Assembly: GCA_017398545.1 (NCBI GenBank)
Contig: JAFQFT010000004.1
Coordinates: forward strand, 34,704 to 98,703
Source of the DNA: Bacilli bacterium
Lineage (GTDB): Bacteria; Bacillota_I; Bacilli_A; ML615J-28; CAG-313
DNA: 64,000 bases
Direction of reading: 5' to 3'
Shown piece by piece: positions 16,367 through 27,808 of the stretch. Position 1 is the stretch's first letter. Each line of letters starts with the position of its first letter. Under the pieces are notes generated by a model, which was given only the letters and a program-made list of their open reading frames with translations, was not told where the DNA came from and did not search any database. A program made the translations under genes and the position numbers.

Positions 16367-17365
16367 ATGAGTAATATTGTTGATAAAAAAATGATTGAAG
16401 GTGATGAAATCGAATCATCGCTTAGACCACTTAAACTTGTAGAATACGTTGGTCAACCTGAAATTAAAGAAATGTTAAAGATTTATATTACTACTGCAAA
16501 ACTACGTGAGGAACCACTTGATCATGTTTTATTATTTGGTCCTCCAGGGCTTGGTAAAACTACACTTGCGCATATTATTGCAAATGAAATGGGAAGTGGT
16601 ATTAAGGTGACAACTGGGCCTGCGTTAACGCGTCCAGGAGATCTTGCGGCAATATTAAATGAACTTGAACCTGGTGATATATTATTTATTGATGAAATTC
16701 ATAGACTTCCTAAAGTTATGGAAGAAATGTTGTATTCTGCAATGGAAGACTTTGTTATTGATATTGTAATGGGAAAAGATTCAGGGGCATCAACTCTTCG
16801 TATGAATTTGCCACCTTTTACTTTAGTTGGTGCAACAACTCGTTTTGGTGATTTAACTGCTCCAATGCGTGATCGCTTTGGTATTGTTCATGCTCTTCAT
16901 TATTATAATGCAGATGAATTAAGTGATATTATTAAAAGAACATCTAGGATATTTGATTATCCTATTGATGATAACGCAACACTAGAACTTGCTAAAAGAA
17001 GTAGAGGAACTCCTCGTATTGCTAATAGATTATTTAGAAGAATTCGTGACTTTGCCCAATATGAAAATAAAAATATTATCGATAAAAGTGTTACTACTTA
17101 TGCACTTGATAAGTTAAATATTGATTCAGCTGGTCTTGATATTACTGACAGAAAGTATTTAGAAGGGTTAATTAATCGATTTAAAGGTGGACCTGTTGGA
17201 TTAGAAGCTCTTGCTGCATCTATTTCTGAAGAAACAGTTACCCTTGAAGATGTGAATGAACCATTTTTATTACAAGAGGGATTTATTATAAGAACTCATA
17301 GAGGTCGTGTTGCAACTGATAAAGCTTATCAACATTTAGGTATTAACCGAGGAGGTTTATTTTGA
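16367..17365 (+). CDS. ruvB: Holliday junction ATP-dependent DNA helicase RuvB
   Basis: [12 protein letters not shown]..., Walker [10 protein letters not shown], Walker B FIDEIHR, and the [10 protein letters not shown] sensor. Confidence 0.97.
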   Translation: MSNIVDKKMIEGDEIESSLRPLKLVEYVGQPEIKEMLKIYITTAKLREEPLDHVLLFGPPGLGKTTLAHIIANEMGSGIKVTTGPALTRPGDLAAILNELEPGDILFIDEIHRLPKVMEEMLYSAMEDFVIDIVMGKDSGASTLRMNLPPFTLVGATTRFGDLTAPMRDRFGIVHALHYYNADELSDIIKRTSRIFDYPIDDNATLELAKRSRGTPRIANRLFRRIRDFAQYENKNIIDKSVTTYALDKLNIDSAGLDITDRKYLEGLINRFKGGPVGLEALAASISEETVTLEDVNEPFLLQEGFIIRTHRGRVATDKAYQHLGINRGGLF

Positions 17366-18387
17366 GAGTAGAAGATTTTAATTATGATTTACCAGAGGAG
17401 TTAATTGCTCAAACTCCACTTAAAGATAGAACATCTTCAAGACTTTTAGTATTAGATAAAAAAACTGGTGATATTAATCATGTTAAGTTTGCTAATATTA
17501 TTGATTATTTAGATGAAAATGATGTTTTAGTATTAAATGATACTAAAGTGTTACCTTCTAGGATTTATGGAAATAAAGTTGATACTAATGCTTATATTGA
17601 GTTATTATTATTAAAAGAAAAAAGTGAAAATGTATGGGAAGCACTTGTTAGACCTGCAAGAAGAGTTCATGTTGGAACGATGGTTAGTTTTAATAATGGA
17701 GAGTTAAAGGCAGAATGTGTAAGTGAAGGTGTTGATGGAATGCGTGAATTTAAAATGATTTACGATGGGATTTTTTTAGAAATTCTTGAAAACATTGGAA
17801 CAATGCCACTTCCACCTTATATTCATGAGAAGTTAGAAGATGGAAATCGTTATCAAACTGTTTATGCGAAAGAATATGGTAGTGCTGCTGCACCTACTGC
17901 TGGCCTTCATTTTACTACTGAGTTATTACAAAAGATTAAAGATAAAGGTGTTCAAATAGAATATGTTACTTTAAATGTTGGTCTTGGTACTTTTAGACCT
18001 GTTGCGGTTGAAAAAATTGAAGATCATCATATGCATACTGAGAAATATCGTATGACTAAAGATGTTGCTGATAGATTAAATGAAGCTAAAAAACTTGGTA
18101 AACGTATTATTTCAGTTGGAACTACTAGTACAAGAACGTTAGAAAGTATTTATTCAAAATATGGTGAGTTTAGAGAATGCTATGAAGATACAAATATCTT
18201 TATTTACCCTGGGTATGAGTGGAAAGCTGTTAATGCATTAATTACTAATTTTCACTTACCTAAATCTACTTTAATAATGTTAGTGTCTAGTTTAGCTGGA
18301 ACTAATAATATTATGAATGCATATAAGGTTGCAGTTTCAGAAAAATATCGTTTTTTTAGCTTTGGTGATGCGATGTTTATTAAATAG
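17362..18387 (+). CDS. queA: S-adenosylmethionine:tRNA ribosyltransferase-isomerase
   Basis: TTG start after GGAGG. N-terminus [20 protein letters not shown]. The [11 protein letters not shown]-terminus is typical of QueA. Confidence 0.95.
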   Translation: MRVEDFNYDLPEELIAQTPLKDRTSSRLLVLDKKTGDINHVKFANIIDYLDENDVLVLNDTKVLPSRIYGNKVDTNAYIELLLLKEKSENVWEALVRPARRVHVGTMVSFNNGELKAECVSEGVDGMREFKMIYDGIFLEILENIGTMPLPPYIHEKLEDGNRYQTVYAKEYGSAAAPTAGLHFTTELLQKIKDKGVQIEYVTLNVGLGTFRPVAVEKIEDHHMHTEKYRMTKDVADRLNEAKKLGKRIISVGTTSTRTLESIYSKYGEFRECYEDTNIFIYPGYEWKAVNALITNFHLPKSTLIMLVSSLAGTNNIMNAYKVAVSEKYRFFSFGDAMFIK

Positions 18388-18401
18388 CTTATACGAATTA
18401 T

Positions 18402-18430
18402 TTGCAAATATTTAAATAATTTGTTATAAT
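18402..18430 (+). promoter_or_regulatory. Promoter of the 18478 membrane-protein gene
   Basis: -35 TTGCAA (18402-18407), 17-nt spacer, -10 TATAAT (18425-18430). Confidence 0.6.
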
Positions 18431-18477
18431 AAGAATAGAATTATTTGATTGTTAAAATCATTAAGGAGAAATGAAAA

Positions 18478-19443
18478 ATGAGATTATATAATGATGTAGA
18501 AGAAACTAGTAAAGTAATAGTTGTAGAAGATTATTCAACTTTTAAAGGTTTATTAAAATGTAAATATTTATACTATTTATTAATAGCTTATACTGCATAT
18601 GCTGTTATTAATGCTGCTTTATCATTTATTGATGGTGGTTATTTAATGGCTGTTATTAATATTTTAGTTCATGGTTCTATTTGTGCAAGTTTATGGGTAT
18701 TTAGAAAAGCAAATAATGAAAATACTGATGAAAAACTTAATCTTAAAGGTTCTAAATTATATTTAATTGCTCATGCAGTTAAATATTTAATCGTATTTAT
18801 TTTCTTAGTATTAGGGTTAATTTTTATTATTTTCTCTTGGACTGAAGCTGGTAACGTTGCAAAACAAGAATTAGTTAAAGCACAAGCTCAAACTTCATCT
18901 GAAGCTATCGCTCTTGCTAAAGCTGCTAGAGCAAAAGTATTCTGGAGCTATTTAGGATATGTAGTTGTTTATATTGCGTTTACAGTATTTACTTTAGTTT
19001 ATTATAAAGCTGTTATGGCACCTGTTGATGCTCTTGCAAAATATAATGAAAAAGGAACTCATTTTTGGAAAGATCTTAAATTTTTAGCTATTATTTTATT
19101 TATTACTGCATTTTTAAATGTTGTTCTTGGTTTATTTGGTGCGCTTGGTGTACTTGATAAATTATGTGAAATGATGATTAATAATGGTATTACTACTGTT
19201 TCAATGGCTGCTGGTGGTCTAGGATGGTTTGCATTTATTTCAAGAGTATTATTTGCTGCTATTTGTGTATGCTTAGGATTATTACTATTAAAAGGATATA
19301 AAGTTTTAGAAACTACTGAAACTTCTCATGAAGAAGTTATTGAGTTAGAAGAAGAATCTAATGTCCCTAATGAAGTAGATGATGAACAAAGTCCAGAACA
19401 ACCTGAAGATGTTGTTGAAGAAGTTGTTGAACAAGTTCAATAA
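18478..19443 (+). CDS. Multi-pass membrane protein of unknown function with an acidic C-terminal tail
   Basis: SD AAGGAGAA. About six hydrophobic segments. The C-terminus is E/D/V-rich. No family recognised. Confidence 0.6.
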   Translation: MRLYNDVEETSKVIVVEDYSTFKGLLKCKYLYYLLIAYTAYAVINAALSFIDGGYLMAVINILVHGSICASLWVFRKANNENTDEKLNLKGSKLYLIAHAVKYLIVFIFLVLGLIFIIFSWTEAGNVAKQELVKAQAQTSSEAIALAKAARAKVFWSYLGYVVVYIAFTVFTLVYYKAVMAPVDALAKYNEKGTHFWKDLKFLAIILFITAFLNVVLGLFGALGVLDKLCEMMINNGITTVSMAAGGLGWFAFISRVLFAAICVCLGLLLLKGYKVLETTETSHEEVIELEEESNVPNEVDDEQSPEQPEDVVEEVVEQVQ

Positions 19444-19451
19444 AAATTAAG

Positions 19452-19480
19452 AGTTTATACAAATGTATAAACTTTTTTTT
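19452..19480 (+). terminator. Intrinsic terminator
   Basis: AGTTTATAC / GTATAAACT stem plus a T7 run. Confidence 0.75.
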
Positions 19481-19554
19481 ATTGATTGGTAGGAAAAATT
19501 TAAAAAGTAAAAAAAGAAATATATAAGCGTTTATAATTTTTCTTTTTGAAAACT

Positions 19555-19583
19555 TTGCAATATTTTTAATTATATGGTATAAT
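19555..19583 (+). promoter_or_regulatory. glg operon promoter
   Basis: -35 TTGCAA (19555-19560), 17-nt spacer, TGn-extended -10 TATAAT (19578-19583). Confidence 0.6.
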
Positions 19584-19609
19584 AAATAATGGAATGGAGG
19601 GTAAAATTT

Positions 19610-21442
19610 ATGAATGATTTAGCTCTGTATTATTTTCATCAGGGGACTACAATTAAAGCTTATGAACTGCTTGGAGCTCATTATACAAAAAAAGAAACAA
19701 GATTTTGTGTTTGGGCACCTAATGCAGTAAGTGTTAGTGTTGTAGGAGAGTTTAATAATTGGGATGTTAATAAAAATCCAATGCATAAAATTACTAATGA
19801 AGGCTTATATGAAACTATTATTAAAAATGTTAAAGAGTTTTCATGTTATCAATATGCCATAAAAACAAAAAAGGGGAATATAATTTATAAGAGTGATCCG
19901 TATGCTTATCATAGTGAACTTAGACCTTATAAAGCATCTAAAGTTTATGATTTAAATGGGTATAAGTTTAATGATGAAGAGTGGATGAAAAATAGAAGTA
20001 TTAATCAAGGTTATAATAGACCTTTAAATATTTATGAAGTACATCTTGGTTCTTGGAAAAGATATAAAGATGGCAATGTATTTAATTATGCAAGTATTGC
20101 GGAAGAACTAGCTGTATATGCTAAAGAAATGGGGTATACACATGTTGAAGTTATGCCTATTTCTGAATATCCATATGACCCATCATGGGGGTATCAAGTT
20201 ACTGGATATTATTCTGTTACATCTAGATATGGTACACCTAAAGACTTTATGAAGTTTGTTGATATTATGCATCAACATGGAATTGGTGTAATACTTGACT
20301 GGGTACCTGGACATTTTACAAAGGATGAACATGGACTTATTGAATTTGATGGAGAGTGTTTATATGAACCATCAAATAAGTTTAGAAAAGAAAATCCTTC
20401 TTGGGGTACTAGACATTTTGATTATGGAAGATGTGAAATACAAAGTTTCTTAGTTTCTAACGCTGTATATTGGTGTGATAAATATCATATTGATGGACTT
20501 AGAACTGATGCGGTATCATCAATGTTATATTTAGATTACTGTCGTAAAGATGGTGAGTGGGAGAAAAATAGTTTTGGTACTAATATTAATTTAGAAGCTG
20601 TTGCGTTTATAAAGAAGTTTAATGATTCTTTAAAGAAGTTTGATCCTTCTATTTTATCAATTGCGGAAGAATCAACAGCTTATCCTAAAATTACAGCACC
20701 AACACAGTATGACGGACTTGGATTTGATTATAAATGGAATATGGGTTGGATGAATGATACACTTAGATACTTAAAATTAGATCCATATTTTAGAGGAGAT
20801 AATAGTAATTTAATTACGTTCCAGCTTACTTATATATTTAGCGAACGTTATATTTTAGCTTTATCGCATGATGAAGTGGTTCATCTAAAAAAAGCTATGA
20901 TCGATAAAGTTCCGGGTCTATATGATCAAAAATTTGCAGGATTAAAAGCTTATTTTACTTATATGATGACTCATCCTGGTAAGAAACTAAATTTTATGGG
21001 TAATGAAATCGGTCAATTTAGAGAATGGGATGAAAATAGGGAATTAGATTGGAGCGTTCTTGAGTATGAACGTCACCAAACTTTACAAAATTATATTAAG
21101 GTTTTACAACAACTATATCTAAATCATTCATCTTTATATGATGATACGAGATATTGGGATGGATTTGAATGGGTAGTTGTTAATGATAATGAACACAGTG
21201 TATTTGCGTACAAGAGAAAATCACAGGATGAAACACTTTTAGTTATCTTAAACTTTGCATATAGTGAATGGAATAATTATACATTTGATGTTGAAAATGG
21301 TGATTATGAAGTTATATTATGCAGTGAGGATCTTAAGTATTCTGGTTCTAAAAATTTAGAAGGGAAGACTTATCATTCGGATGGTAAACTTACAATAGAT
21401 TTACCATATAATTCGGGAATTATTTTAAGAAAGGGAAGATAA
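19610..21442 (+). CDS. glgB: 1,4-alpha-glucan branching enzyme
   Basis: GH13 motifs [19 protein letters not shown] and IAEEST. I prefer ATG 19610 (GGAGGG 8 nt upstream) over the ORF-track start 19589, which lies at or before the predicted TSS. Confidence 0.93.
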   Translation: MNDLALYYFHQGTTIKAYELLGAHYTKKETRFCVWAPNAVSVSVVGEFNNWDVNKNPMHKITNEGLYETIIKNVKEFSCYQYAIKTKKGNIIYKSDPYAYHSELRPYKASKVYDLNGYKFNDEEWMKNRSINQGYNRPLNIYEVHLGSWKRYKDGNVFNYASIAEELAVYAKEMGYTHVEVMPISEYPYDPSWGYQVTGYYSVTSRYGTPKDFMKFVDIMHQHGIGVILDWVPGHFTKDEHGLIEFDGECLYEPSNKFRKENPSWGTRHFDYGRCEIQSFLVSNAVYWCDKYHIDGLRTDAVSSMLYLDYCRKDGEWEKNSFGTNINLEAVAFIKKFNDSLKKFDPSILSIAEESTAYPKITAPTQYDGLGFDYKWNMGWMNDTLRYLKLDPYFRGDNSNLITFQLTYIFSERYILALSHDEVVHLKKAMIDKVPGLYDQKFAGLKAYFTYMMTHPGKKLNFMGNEIGQFREWDENRELDWSVLEYERHQTLQNYIKVLQQLYLNHSSLYDDTRYWDGFEWVVVNDNEHSVFAYKRKSQDETLLVILNFAYSEWNNYTFDVENGDYEVILCSEDLKYSGSKNLEGKTYHSDGKLTIDLPYNSGIILRKGR

Positions 21443-21443
21443 T

Positions 21444-22634
21444 ATGTATAATCATAAAAAATGTGTTGCTATGCTACTTGCTGGTGGTCAAGGAAGTAGA
21501 TTAAAAGCACTTACTACAAAGGTTGCAAAACCTGCTGTGTCTTTTGGCGCAAAATATCGTATCATTGACTTTACTTTATCAAACTGTGTTAATTCAGGTA
21601 TTGATACTGTTGGTGTACTTACTCAATATCAACCACTTATTCTAAATGAATATATCGGTAATGGTCAACCATGGGATTTAGACCGTACTTTTGGTGGTGT
21701 TCATGTACTACCTCCATATCAAGCTAAAAACTCTATGGAATGGTATAAAGGTACTGCTAATGCAATTTACCAAAATATTAATTTTATTGAAAACTATCAT
21801 CCAGATCACGTTTTAATTTTATCTGGTGACCATATTTATAAAATGGATTATCAAAAAATGTTAGAAGATCATATTAAAAATGATGCTGACTGTACAATTG
21901 CTGTTTTAGAAGTATCGCTTGAAGAAGCAAGTCGTTTTGGTATTATGAATACTGATGAGAACAATCGTATCGTTGAATTTGAAGAAAAACCTGCTAAACC
22001 AAAGAGTACAAAAGCATCAATGGGTATTTATATTTTTAAACGTGAAAAATTATTTAGTTATTTAAGAAGTGATGCGTTAGATCCTGCGTCTAGCAATGAC
22101 TTTGGTAAAAACATTATTCCTAATATGCTTAATGCTGGTGAAAAGATGATGGCATATCCTTTTAAAGGTTATTGGAAAGATGTTGGTACTATTTCATCTT
22201 TATGGGAAGCTAATCAAGATTTATTAGGTGAAGCACCTGAATTTGATATTTATGATTCTGCTTGGAAGATTTATTCAAGAAATATGGGGATCGAACCTCA
22301 ATTTATTGCAGATGGTGCAGTTGTTTCTAATAGTTTAATTACAAGTGGGGCTAAGATTTATGGTACGGTTATCAATAGTGTAATTGGCGCTAGTGTTGTA
22401 GTTGAAAAGGGTGCTGTTGTTAAAGATAGTGTTATTTTTGCTGATAGTGTAATTTCTTCAGGTGCAACTGTTAATTATAGCATTTTAGATGAAGAAGTTG
22501 TAATTGGTGAAGAATGTGTTGTTGGTAGTCCTAAAGGTGATGGTGTTGAAATTGCTGTTGTTGGACGTGGTTGTGTTGTTACAAGTAAGAGTGTTGTAGC
22601 TGCAGGTGCAAACATTGAAAAGGAGGATAAATAA
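21444..22634 (+). CDS. glgC: Glucose-1-phosphate adenylyltransferase, catalytic subunit
   Basis: [13 protein letters not shown]...[20 protein letters not shown]-terminal left-handed beta-helix. Confidence 0.95.
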   Translation: MYNHKKCVAMLLAGGQGSRLKALTTKVAKPAVSFGAKYRIIDFTLSNCVNSGIDTVGVLTQYQPLILNEYIGNGQPWDLDRTFGGVHVLPPYQAKNSMEWYKGTANAIYQNINFIENYHPDHVLILSGDHIYKMDYQKMLEDHIKNDADCTIAVLEVSLEEASRFGIMNTDENNRIVEFEEKPAKPKSTKASMGIYIFKREKLFSYLRSDALDPASSNDFGKNIIPNMLNAGEKMMAYPFKGYWKDVGTISSLWEANQDLLGEAPEFDIYDSAWKIYSRNMGIEPQFIADGAVVSNSLITSGAKIYGTVINSVIGASVVVEKGAVVKDSVIFADSVISSGATVNYSILDEEVVIGEECVVGSPKGDGVEIAVVGRGCVVTSKSVVAAGANIEKEDK

Positions 22635-22636
22635 TT

Positions 22637-23752
22637 ATGAGTGCTGTAGGTATTATTTTCTCAAATATTCATAATGAAACAATTGATGAATTAACTAGAA
22701 AAAGAACTAGTGCGTCTATTCCATTTGGTGGACGTTATAGATTAATTGATTTCGCTTTATCTAACTTTGTTAATGCTGATGTTACAAGTGTTGGTGTTTT
22801 AACACAAAAGAATTATCAATCATTAATGGACCATTTAGGATCAGGTAAAGACTGGGATTTATCACGTAAAAATGGTGGTTTAATTATATTCCCTCCATAT
22901 AGTTCTCATAGAAGTGATTTCTTATATGAAAATAGATTTGAAGCTTTAATGAGTGTTAATGGTTATATTGAAAGACGTCATGAAGATTATGTAATTTTAA
23001 CTGACTGTGATAATGTTAATGTAATTGATTATCAAGATGTCTTAAAACAACATGAAAATAGTGGTGCTGATATTACAATTGTTTATCGTAACCAAGAAGT
23101 TACAAGTGATTTATCTGATCATATGACTATTGAATGTAATGATGAAGGTCGTGTTGTAAAAGCTACATTAAGAGCTAAAGTTGGTGAAGTGGCTAACGTT
23201 GCTGTGAATGTATGGGTTATTAATAGAAGACTTTTACACGGATTACTTGTAGATGCTGCTACAACTGGTGCAAAGAGTTTCCATCGTGATGTTTTATTTG
23301 CAAATATTAAATCACTTAAGATTTATGGATATCATTACCAAGGTATTTATATGCATATGAACTCTATGGAAAACTATTATAAAGGTAATATGTTATTACT
23401 AAATGATAGTGTTCGTAATGAATTATTTGGTAATACTGATAAACGTATTTATACTAAAGTTCGTGACTCTGCACCTACTCGTTATGGTGATTCTGCAATT
23501 GTTCAAAATAGTTTTATTGCAGATGGTTGTGAAATTGAAGGAACTGTTATTAACTGTATTTTATTCCGTGGTGTTAAAATTGCAAAAGGAACTGTTGTTA
23601 AAAACTCTATTCTAATGCAAGATACATCTGTAGGTGCAAATTGTAATATTGACCATGTAATTACAGATAAAAACGTTTCAATTCGTGATCGTAATAATTT
23701 AATGGGTTGTGAAAAAGTACCTTATTATTTAGGTAAATACGCAACTGTTTAA
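22637..23752 (+). CDS. glgD: Glucose-1-phosphate adenylyltransferase, GlgD subunit
   Basis: GlgC paralogue lacking the GGxGxRL motif (IPFGGRYRLIDFALSN). Its position after glgC matches Bacillus. Confidence 0.9.
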   Translation: MSAVGIIFSNIHNETIDELTRKRTSASIPFGGRYRLIDFALSNFVNADVTSVGVLTQKNYQSLMDHLGSGKDWDLSRKNGGLIIFPPYSSHRSDFLYENRFEALMSVNGYIERRHEDYVILTDCDNVNVIDYQDVLKQHENSGADITIVYRNQEVTSDLSDHMTIECNDEGRVVKATLRAKVGEVANVAVNVWVINRRLLHGLLVDAATTGAKSFHRDVLFANIKSLKIYGYHYQGIYMHMNSMENYYKGNMLLLNDSVRNELFGNTDKRIYTKVRDSAPTRYGDSAIVQNSFIADGCEIEGTVINCILFRGVKIAKGTVVKNSILMQDTSVGANCNIDHVITDKNVSIRDRNNLMGCEKVPYYLGKYATV

Positions 23753-23794
23753 AATAATAGTTATTGGTTATAATATATTTAGTGGAGGAATCTT

Positions 23795-25237
23795 ATGATT
23801 GAAAATAAAAAAATTGCTTTTGTTGCTTCTGAATGTCAACCATTCTTTACATCAGGTGGTTTAGGAGATGTTATTGGTAGTCTTCCTAAGAAAATTGCAA
23901 AACTTGATAAAGGAATGTGGGAAGTAACTGTATTTTTACCACTTTATAGTAATATTTCTAAAGCTTACGCAAATAAACTTGTATACTATGGGCAATTGTA
24001 TGTAAGTCTTTCTTGGCGTAAACAATATTGTGGTATTTATAAATACGAAGAAGCAGGTGTAACTTATTATTTCATTGATAATGAATATTACTATAAACGT
24101 GAAAAATTCTATGGATACTTTGATGATGCAGAAAGATTTGCGTTCTTTAGTAAAGCAGTTATTGATGTAATGTTACATATTAATGAAGTACCTGATATTA
24201 TTCATTGTCATGATTGGCAAACAGGATTACTTCCAGTTTATTTAAGAACATTATATTATCATCATGAAGCATTTAAAAATGTAAAACGTATTTTTACAAT
24301 TCATAATATTGAATATCAAGGCAAATATTCAAATGATTCAGACATTATTGAAGATGTATTTGGCATTAATTCAAATGATGCTTATTTACTAGAGTATAAT
24401 GGATGTCTAAATATTATGAAAGGTGCGATTGAATGTTCTAATATCGTTTCTACTGTTAGTCCTAGTTATGCAGAAGAAATTAAAACACCTGAATATGCAC
24501 ATGGACTAGAAGGTGAGATTATTCGTGCTGCAGAAGAAGGAAAACTTTGTGGTATCTTAAATGGTATTGATACTACTTTCTATAATCCTAAACGTGATAA
24601 AGCTTTATTTAAGACTTTTGATAAAGCTAATCTTGATGGTAAAAAGGAAAATAAAGTTGAACTTCAAAAAATGTTAGGTTTACCTGTTGTTAATGTACCT
24701 ATTATTGGTATGGTTTCAAGACTTGTAGCTCATAAAGGGTTAGATATCTTAAAGAATGCGTTTAATGATTTAATGCAATTAGATGTACAACTTGTTGTAA
24801 TTGGTACAGGTGATGCATACTATGAAGGTTTCTTAAAAGATATGGAAAGTAAGTATGCAAATAAAGTTAAAGTTATTTTAGCATTTAATCAAGATTTAGC
24901 ACGTAAGATTTATGCATCTAGTGATTTATTCTTAATGCCTTCTAAATCTGAACCATGTGGTTTATCTCAAATGATTGCATCTCGTTATGGTGCAATTCCA
25001 ATGATTAGAGAAACTGGTGGATTAAAAGACAGTATTAAGAACTTTAATGAAAAAGGTGGAAATGGTTATACATTTGCAGGACTTGAAGCTTACGCTTTAG
25101 TTGAAATGGTAGCACGTGCTGTAAGTGACTTTAATAGTGAAAAATGGAACGAGTTAGTTGAAAAAGTAATGGACGTTGATTTTAGTTGGAAAGTATCTGC
25201 TAAATCATACGTTAAAATGTATAAAAAAGTTTTATAA
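23795..25237 (+). CDS. glgA: Glycogen synthase (ADP-glucose type)
   Basis: FVASECQPFFTSGGLGDV N-terminus and GT5 C-terminal motifs (PSKSEPCGLSQM). Confidence 0.95.
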   Translation: MIENKKIAFVASECQPFFTSGGLGDVIGSLPKKIAKLDKGMWEVTVFLPLYSNISKAYANKLVYYGQLYVSLSWRKQYCGIYKYEEAGVTYYFIDNEYYYKREKFYGYFDDAERFAFFSKAVIDVMLHINEVPDIIHCHDWQTGLLPVYLRTLYYHHEAFKNVKRIFTIHNIEYQGKYSNDSDIIEDVFGINSNDAYLLEYNGCLNIMKGAIECSNIVSTVSPSYAEEIKTPEYAHGLEGEIIRAAEEGKLCGILNGIDTTFYNPKRDKALFKTFDKANLDGKKENKVELQKMLGLPVVNVPIIGMVSRLVAHKGLDILKNAFNDLMQLDVQLVVIGTGDAYYEGFLKDMESKYANKVKVILAFNQDLARKIYASSDLFLMPSKSEPCGLSQMIASRYGAIPMIRETGGLKDSIKNFNEKGGNGYTFAGLEAYALVEMVARAVSDFNSEKWNELVEKVMDVDFSWKVSAKSYVKMYKKVL

Positions 25238-25289
25238 TAGATAAACATAATTACTTGATACATATTTATGTTTATTTGAGGAGGAAAAT

Positions 25290-27713
25290 GTGGCGTCTAA
25301 GAATAGTGTCAATATAATTAAACAAAATATCGAAGAAAAACTATCTCGTTATTTCGGGGTAGTACCAGCTGATGCAACGCAAGATCAATTATACAAAGCT
25401 GTTAGTATGACTGTTGTTGATATGTTATTAGAACAAAAAAGACAGTTTAATGCTAAGATGAAAGAACAAAATTTAAAACGTGTTTATTATCTTTGTATGG
25501 AGTTCTTAGTTGGTAGAAGCTTAAAAACAAACTTATATAATTTAGGACTTGTAGAAGATTATAGAAGTGTCTTAAATGAATATAATGTTGATTTAAATGA
25601 ATTATATGAAATGGAACCTGATGCAGGACTTGGTAATGGTGGTTTAGGTCGTCTTGCTGCTTGTTTTATGGATAGTTTAGCTGCACTTAATTATCCTGCA
25701 ATGGGATTTTCATTAAGATATGAATATGGTTTATTTAAACAAAAAATAGTTGATGGATGGCAAACTGAAATGCCTGATGTTTGGCTACCAGGTGGAGAAG
25801 TTTGGCTTACACCAAGAAGCGATAGAGTACTAAAGGTTCGTTTTGGTGGTTGGATTAGTCAACGTGAAGAAAATGGGCATTTAGTAACTGATTATCATGA
25901 TGATACTGTTATTGAGGCAATGCCATATGATCTATTAATCTCTGGTGGTGGTAGTAAGATTGTGTCAACACTTCGTTTATGGAAAGCACGTAGTGTTAAT
26001 ACATTTGATATGAAATCATTTAGCCAAGGTGATTATACAAAAGCAATGGAAAAGAATAATGATGCGGAAGTTATTACTAAAGTATTGTATCCTTCTGATG
26101 ATCATACACAAGGTAAAACATTAAGACTTAAACAACAATACTTCTTAGTAAGTGCATCTATTCAAAATATTATTAATGACCATTTAAAACGTTTTAAAGA
26201 CATTAGAACACTTCCAGAAAAGGCTGCAATTCATATTAATGATACGCACCCTGCACTTTGTGTTCCAGAACTTATGCGTATTTTAATGGATGATTTATAT
26301 CTTGGTTGGGATGAAGCTTGGGATATTGTAACAAGAACTGTTGCGTATACTAACCATACTGTAATGGCTGAAGCACTTGAAACTTGGAATGAAGATTTAC
26401 TTCATCGAATCTTACCTAGAATTTATCAAATTATTCTTGAAATAAATAGACGTTTTATGGCTGATGTTTGGAATTTATATCCAGGTCAATGGGAAAGAAT
26501 TAATAAATTATCACTAATTGGTGATAACCATGTAAGAATGGCTAATTTAAGTGTTCATGCAAGTCATACTGTTAATGGTGTATCAGCACTTCATAGTGAT
26601 ATTATTAAACGCAGTATTTTTAAAGAATTCCATACGCTAACACCTGAAAAGTTTACTAATGTTACTAACGGTATAGCACATAGAAGATGGTTACATCAAT
26701 CAAATCCAAGATTATCAGCATTACTTGATGAAACAATTGGACATGGTTGGTATAGCGACGCAAGTGATTTAAAGAAATTCAGAGTTTATGAAAATGATGA
26801 AAAAGTATTAAATGAACTTGCAGAAATTAAATATCAAAATAAGGTTGATTTTGCTAATCGTTTATACAAAAAACAAGGTGTTTTAATTGATCCTAAGACA
26901 AGATTTGATGTACAAGTTAAACGTCTTCATGCGTATAAGAGACAACTTTTAAATGTTCTTAAGATTATTAACTTATATAATATTTTAGTAGAAAATCCAA
27001 ATGCTGATATTACACCACAAACTTATATCTTTGGTGCAAAAGCAGCTCCTGGATATTATCATGCTAAAGAAGTAATTGAACTTATTAACTATATTGCAAA
27101 AGATATTTCAATGCATCCAGAAATTAAAGCAAAATTAAATGTAGCATTTATTGAAGATTATTGTGTATCTACTGCAGAATGCTTAATGCCTGCATCTGAA
27201 ATTAGTGAACAAATTTCACTTGCTGGTAAAGAAGCTAGTGGTACTGGTAACATGAAATTTATGATTAATGGTGCTGTTACATTTGGTACAATGGATGGAG
27301 CAAATGTTGAAATTTGCGATTCAGTAGGAAACGATAATATCTTTATCTTTGGTATGAGCACTAAAGAAGTTGATGATTTATGGGCTAGAGGATATAATTC
27401 AACATATTATTATAATAATAGTATGGAACTTCGTAAAATTATTGACCGCTTAAAGAAAGGCTTTGCAGGAAAGAGTTTCGAAAATATTGCAACTTATCTT
27501 TTAACATCAGGCGGTATTGCAGACCAATATATGTGTCTTGCAGATTATGAAAATTATTTTGAAGTTTATAAACAAATGGATAAAGTTTATAAAAACAAAC
27601 TTCAATTCCAAAAAATGTCACTTGTTAATATTTCTGAAGCAGGTAGATTTGCAGCTGATAGAAGTATTGAAGATTACGCAAGAGATATTTGGCATTTAAA
27701 GAAATTAAAATAG
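25290..27713 (+). CDS. glgP: Glycogen/maltodextrin phosphorylase
   Basis: GTG start 5 nt after GAGGAGG. The PLP-lysine motif EASGTGNMKFMINGA is present, along with GLGNGGLGRLAACF. Confidence 0.95.
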   Translation: MASKNSVNIIKQNIEEKLSRYFGVVPADATQDQLYKAVSMTVVDMLLEQKRQFNAKMKEQNLKRVYYLCMEFLVGRSLKTNLYNLGLVEDYRSVLNEYNVDLNELYEMEPDAGLGNGGLGRLAACFMDSLAALNYPAMGFSLRYEYGLFKQKIVDGWQTEMPDVWLPGGEVWLTPRSDRVLKVRFGGWISQREENGHLVTDYHDDTVIEAMPYDLLISGGGSKIVSTLRLWKARSVNTFDMKSFSQGDYTKAMEKNNDAEVITKVLYPSDDHTQGKTLRLKQQYFLVSASIQNIINDHLKRFKDIRTLPEKAAIHINDTHPALCVPELMRILMDDLYLGWDEAWDIVTRTVAYTNHTVMAEALETWNEDLLHRILPRIYQIILEINRRFMADVWNLYPGQWERINKLSLIGDNHVRMANLSVHASHTVNGVSALHSDIIKRSIFKEFHTLTPEKFTNVTNGIAHRRWLHQSNPRLSALLDETIGHGWYSDASDLKKFRVYENDEKVLNELAEIKYQNKVDFANRLYKKQGVLIDPKTRFDVQVKRLHAYKRQLLNVLKIINLYNILVENPNADITPQTYIFGAKAAPGYYHAKEVIELINYIAKDISMHPEIKAKLNVAFIEDYCVSTAECLMPASEISEQISLAGKEASGTGNMKFMINGAVTFGTMDGANVEICDSVGNDNIFIFGMSTKEVDDLWARGYNSTYYYNNSMELRKIIDRLKKGFAGKSFENIATYLLTSGGIADQYMCLADYENYFEVYKQMDKVYKNKLQFQKMSLVNISEAGRFAADRSIEDYARDIWHLKKLK

Positions 27714-27731
27714 AAATTAGTGTTAAAAAAT

Positions 27732-27760
27732 TTGACTAAACACCTAAATTAGTGTATAAT
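27732..27760 (+). promoter_or_regulatory. pfkA promoter
   Basis: -35 TTGACT (27732-27737), 17-nt spacer, -10 TATAAT (27755-27760). Confidence 0.7.
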
Positions 27761-27808
27761 ATCTTGAGAATTTATCAAAACTAGTGACTTAAGTGGAGGA
27801 CTAAAATT

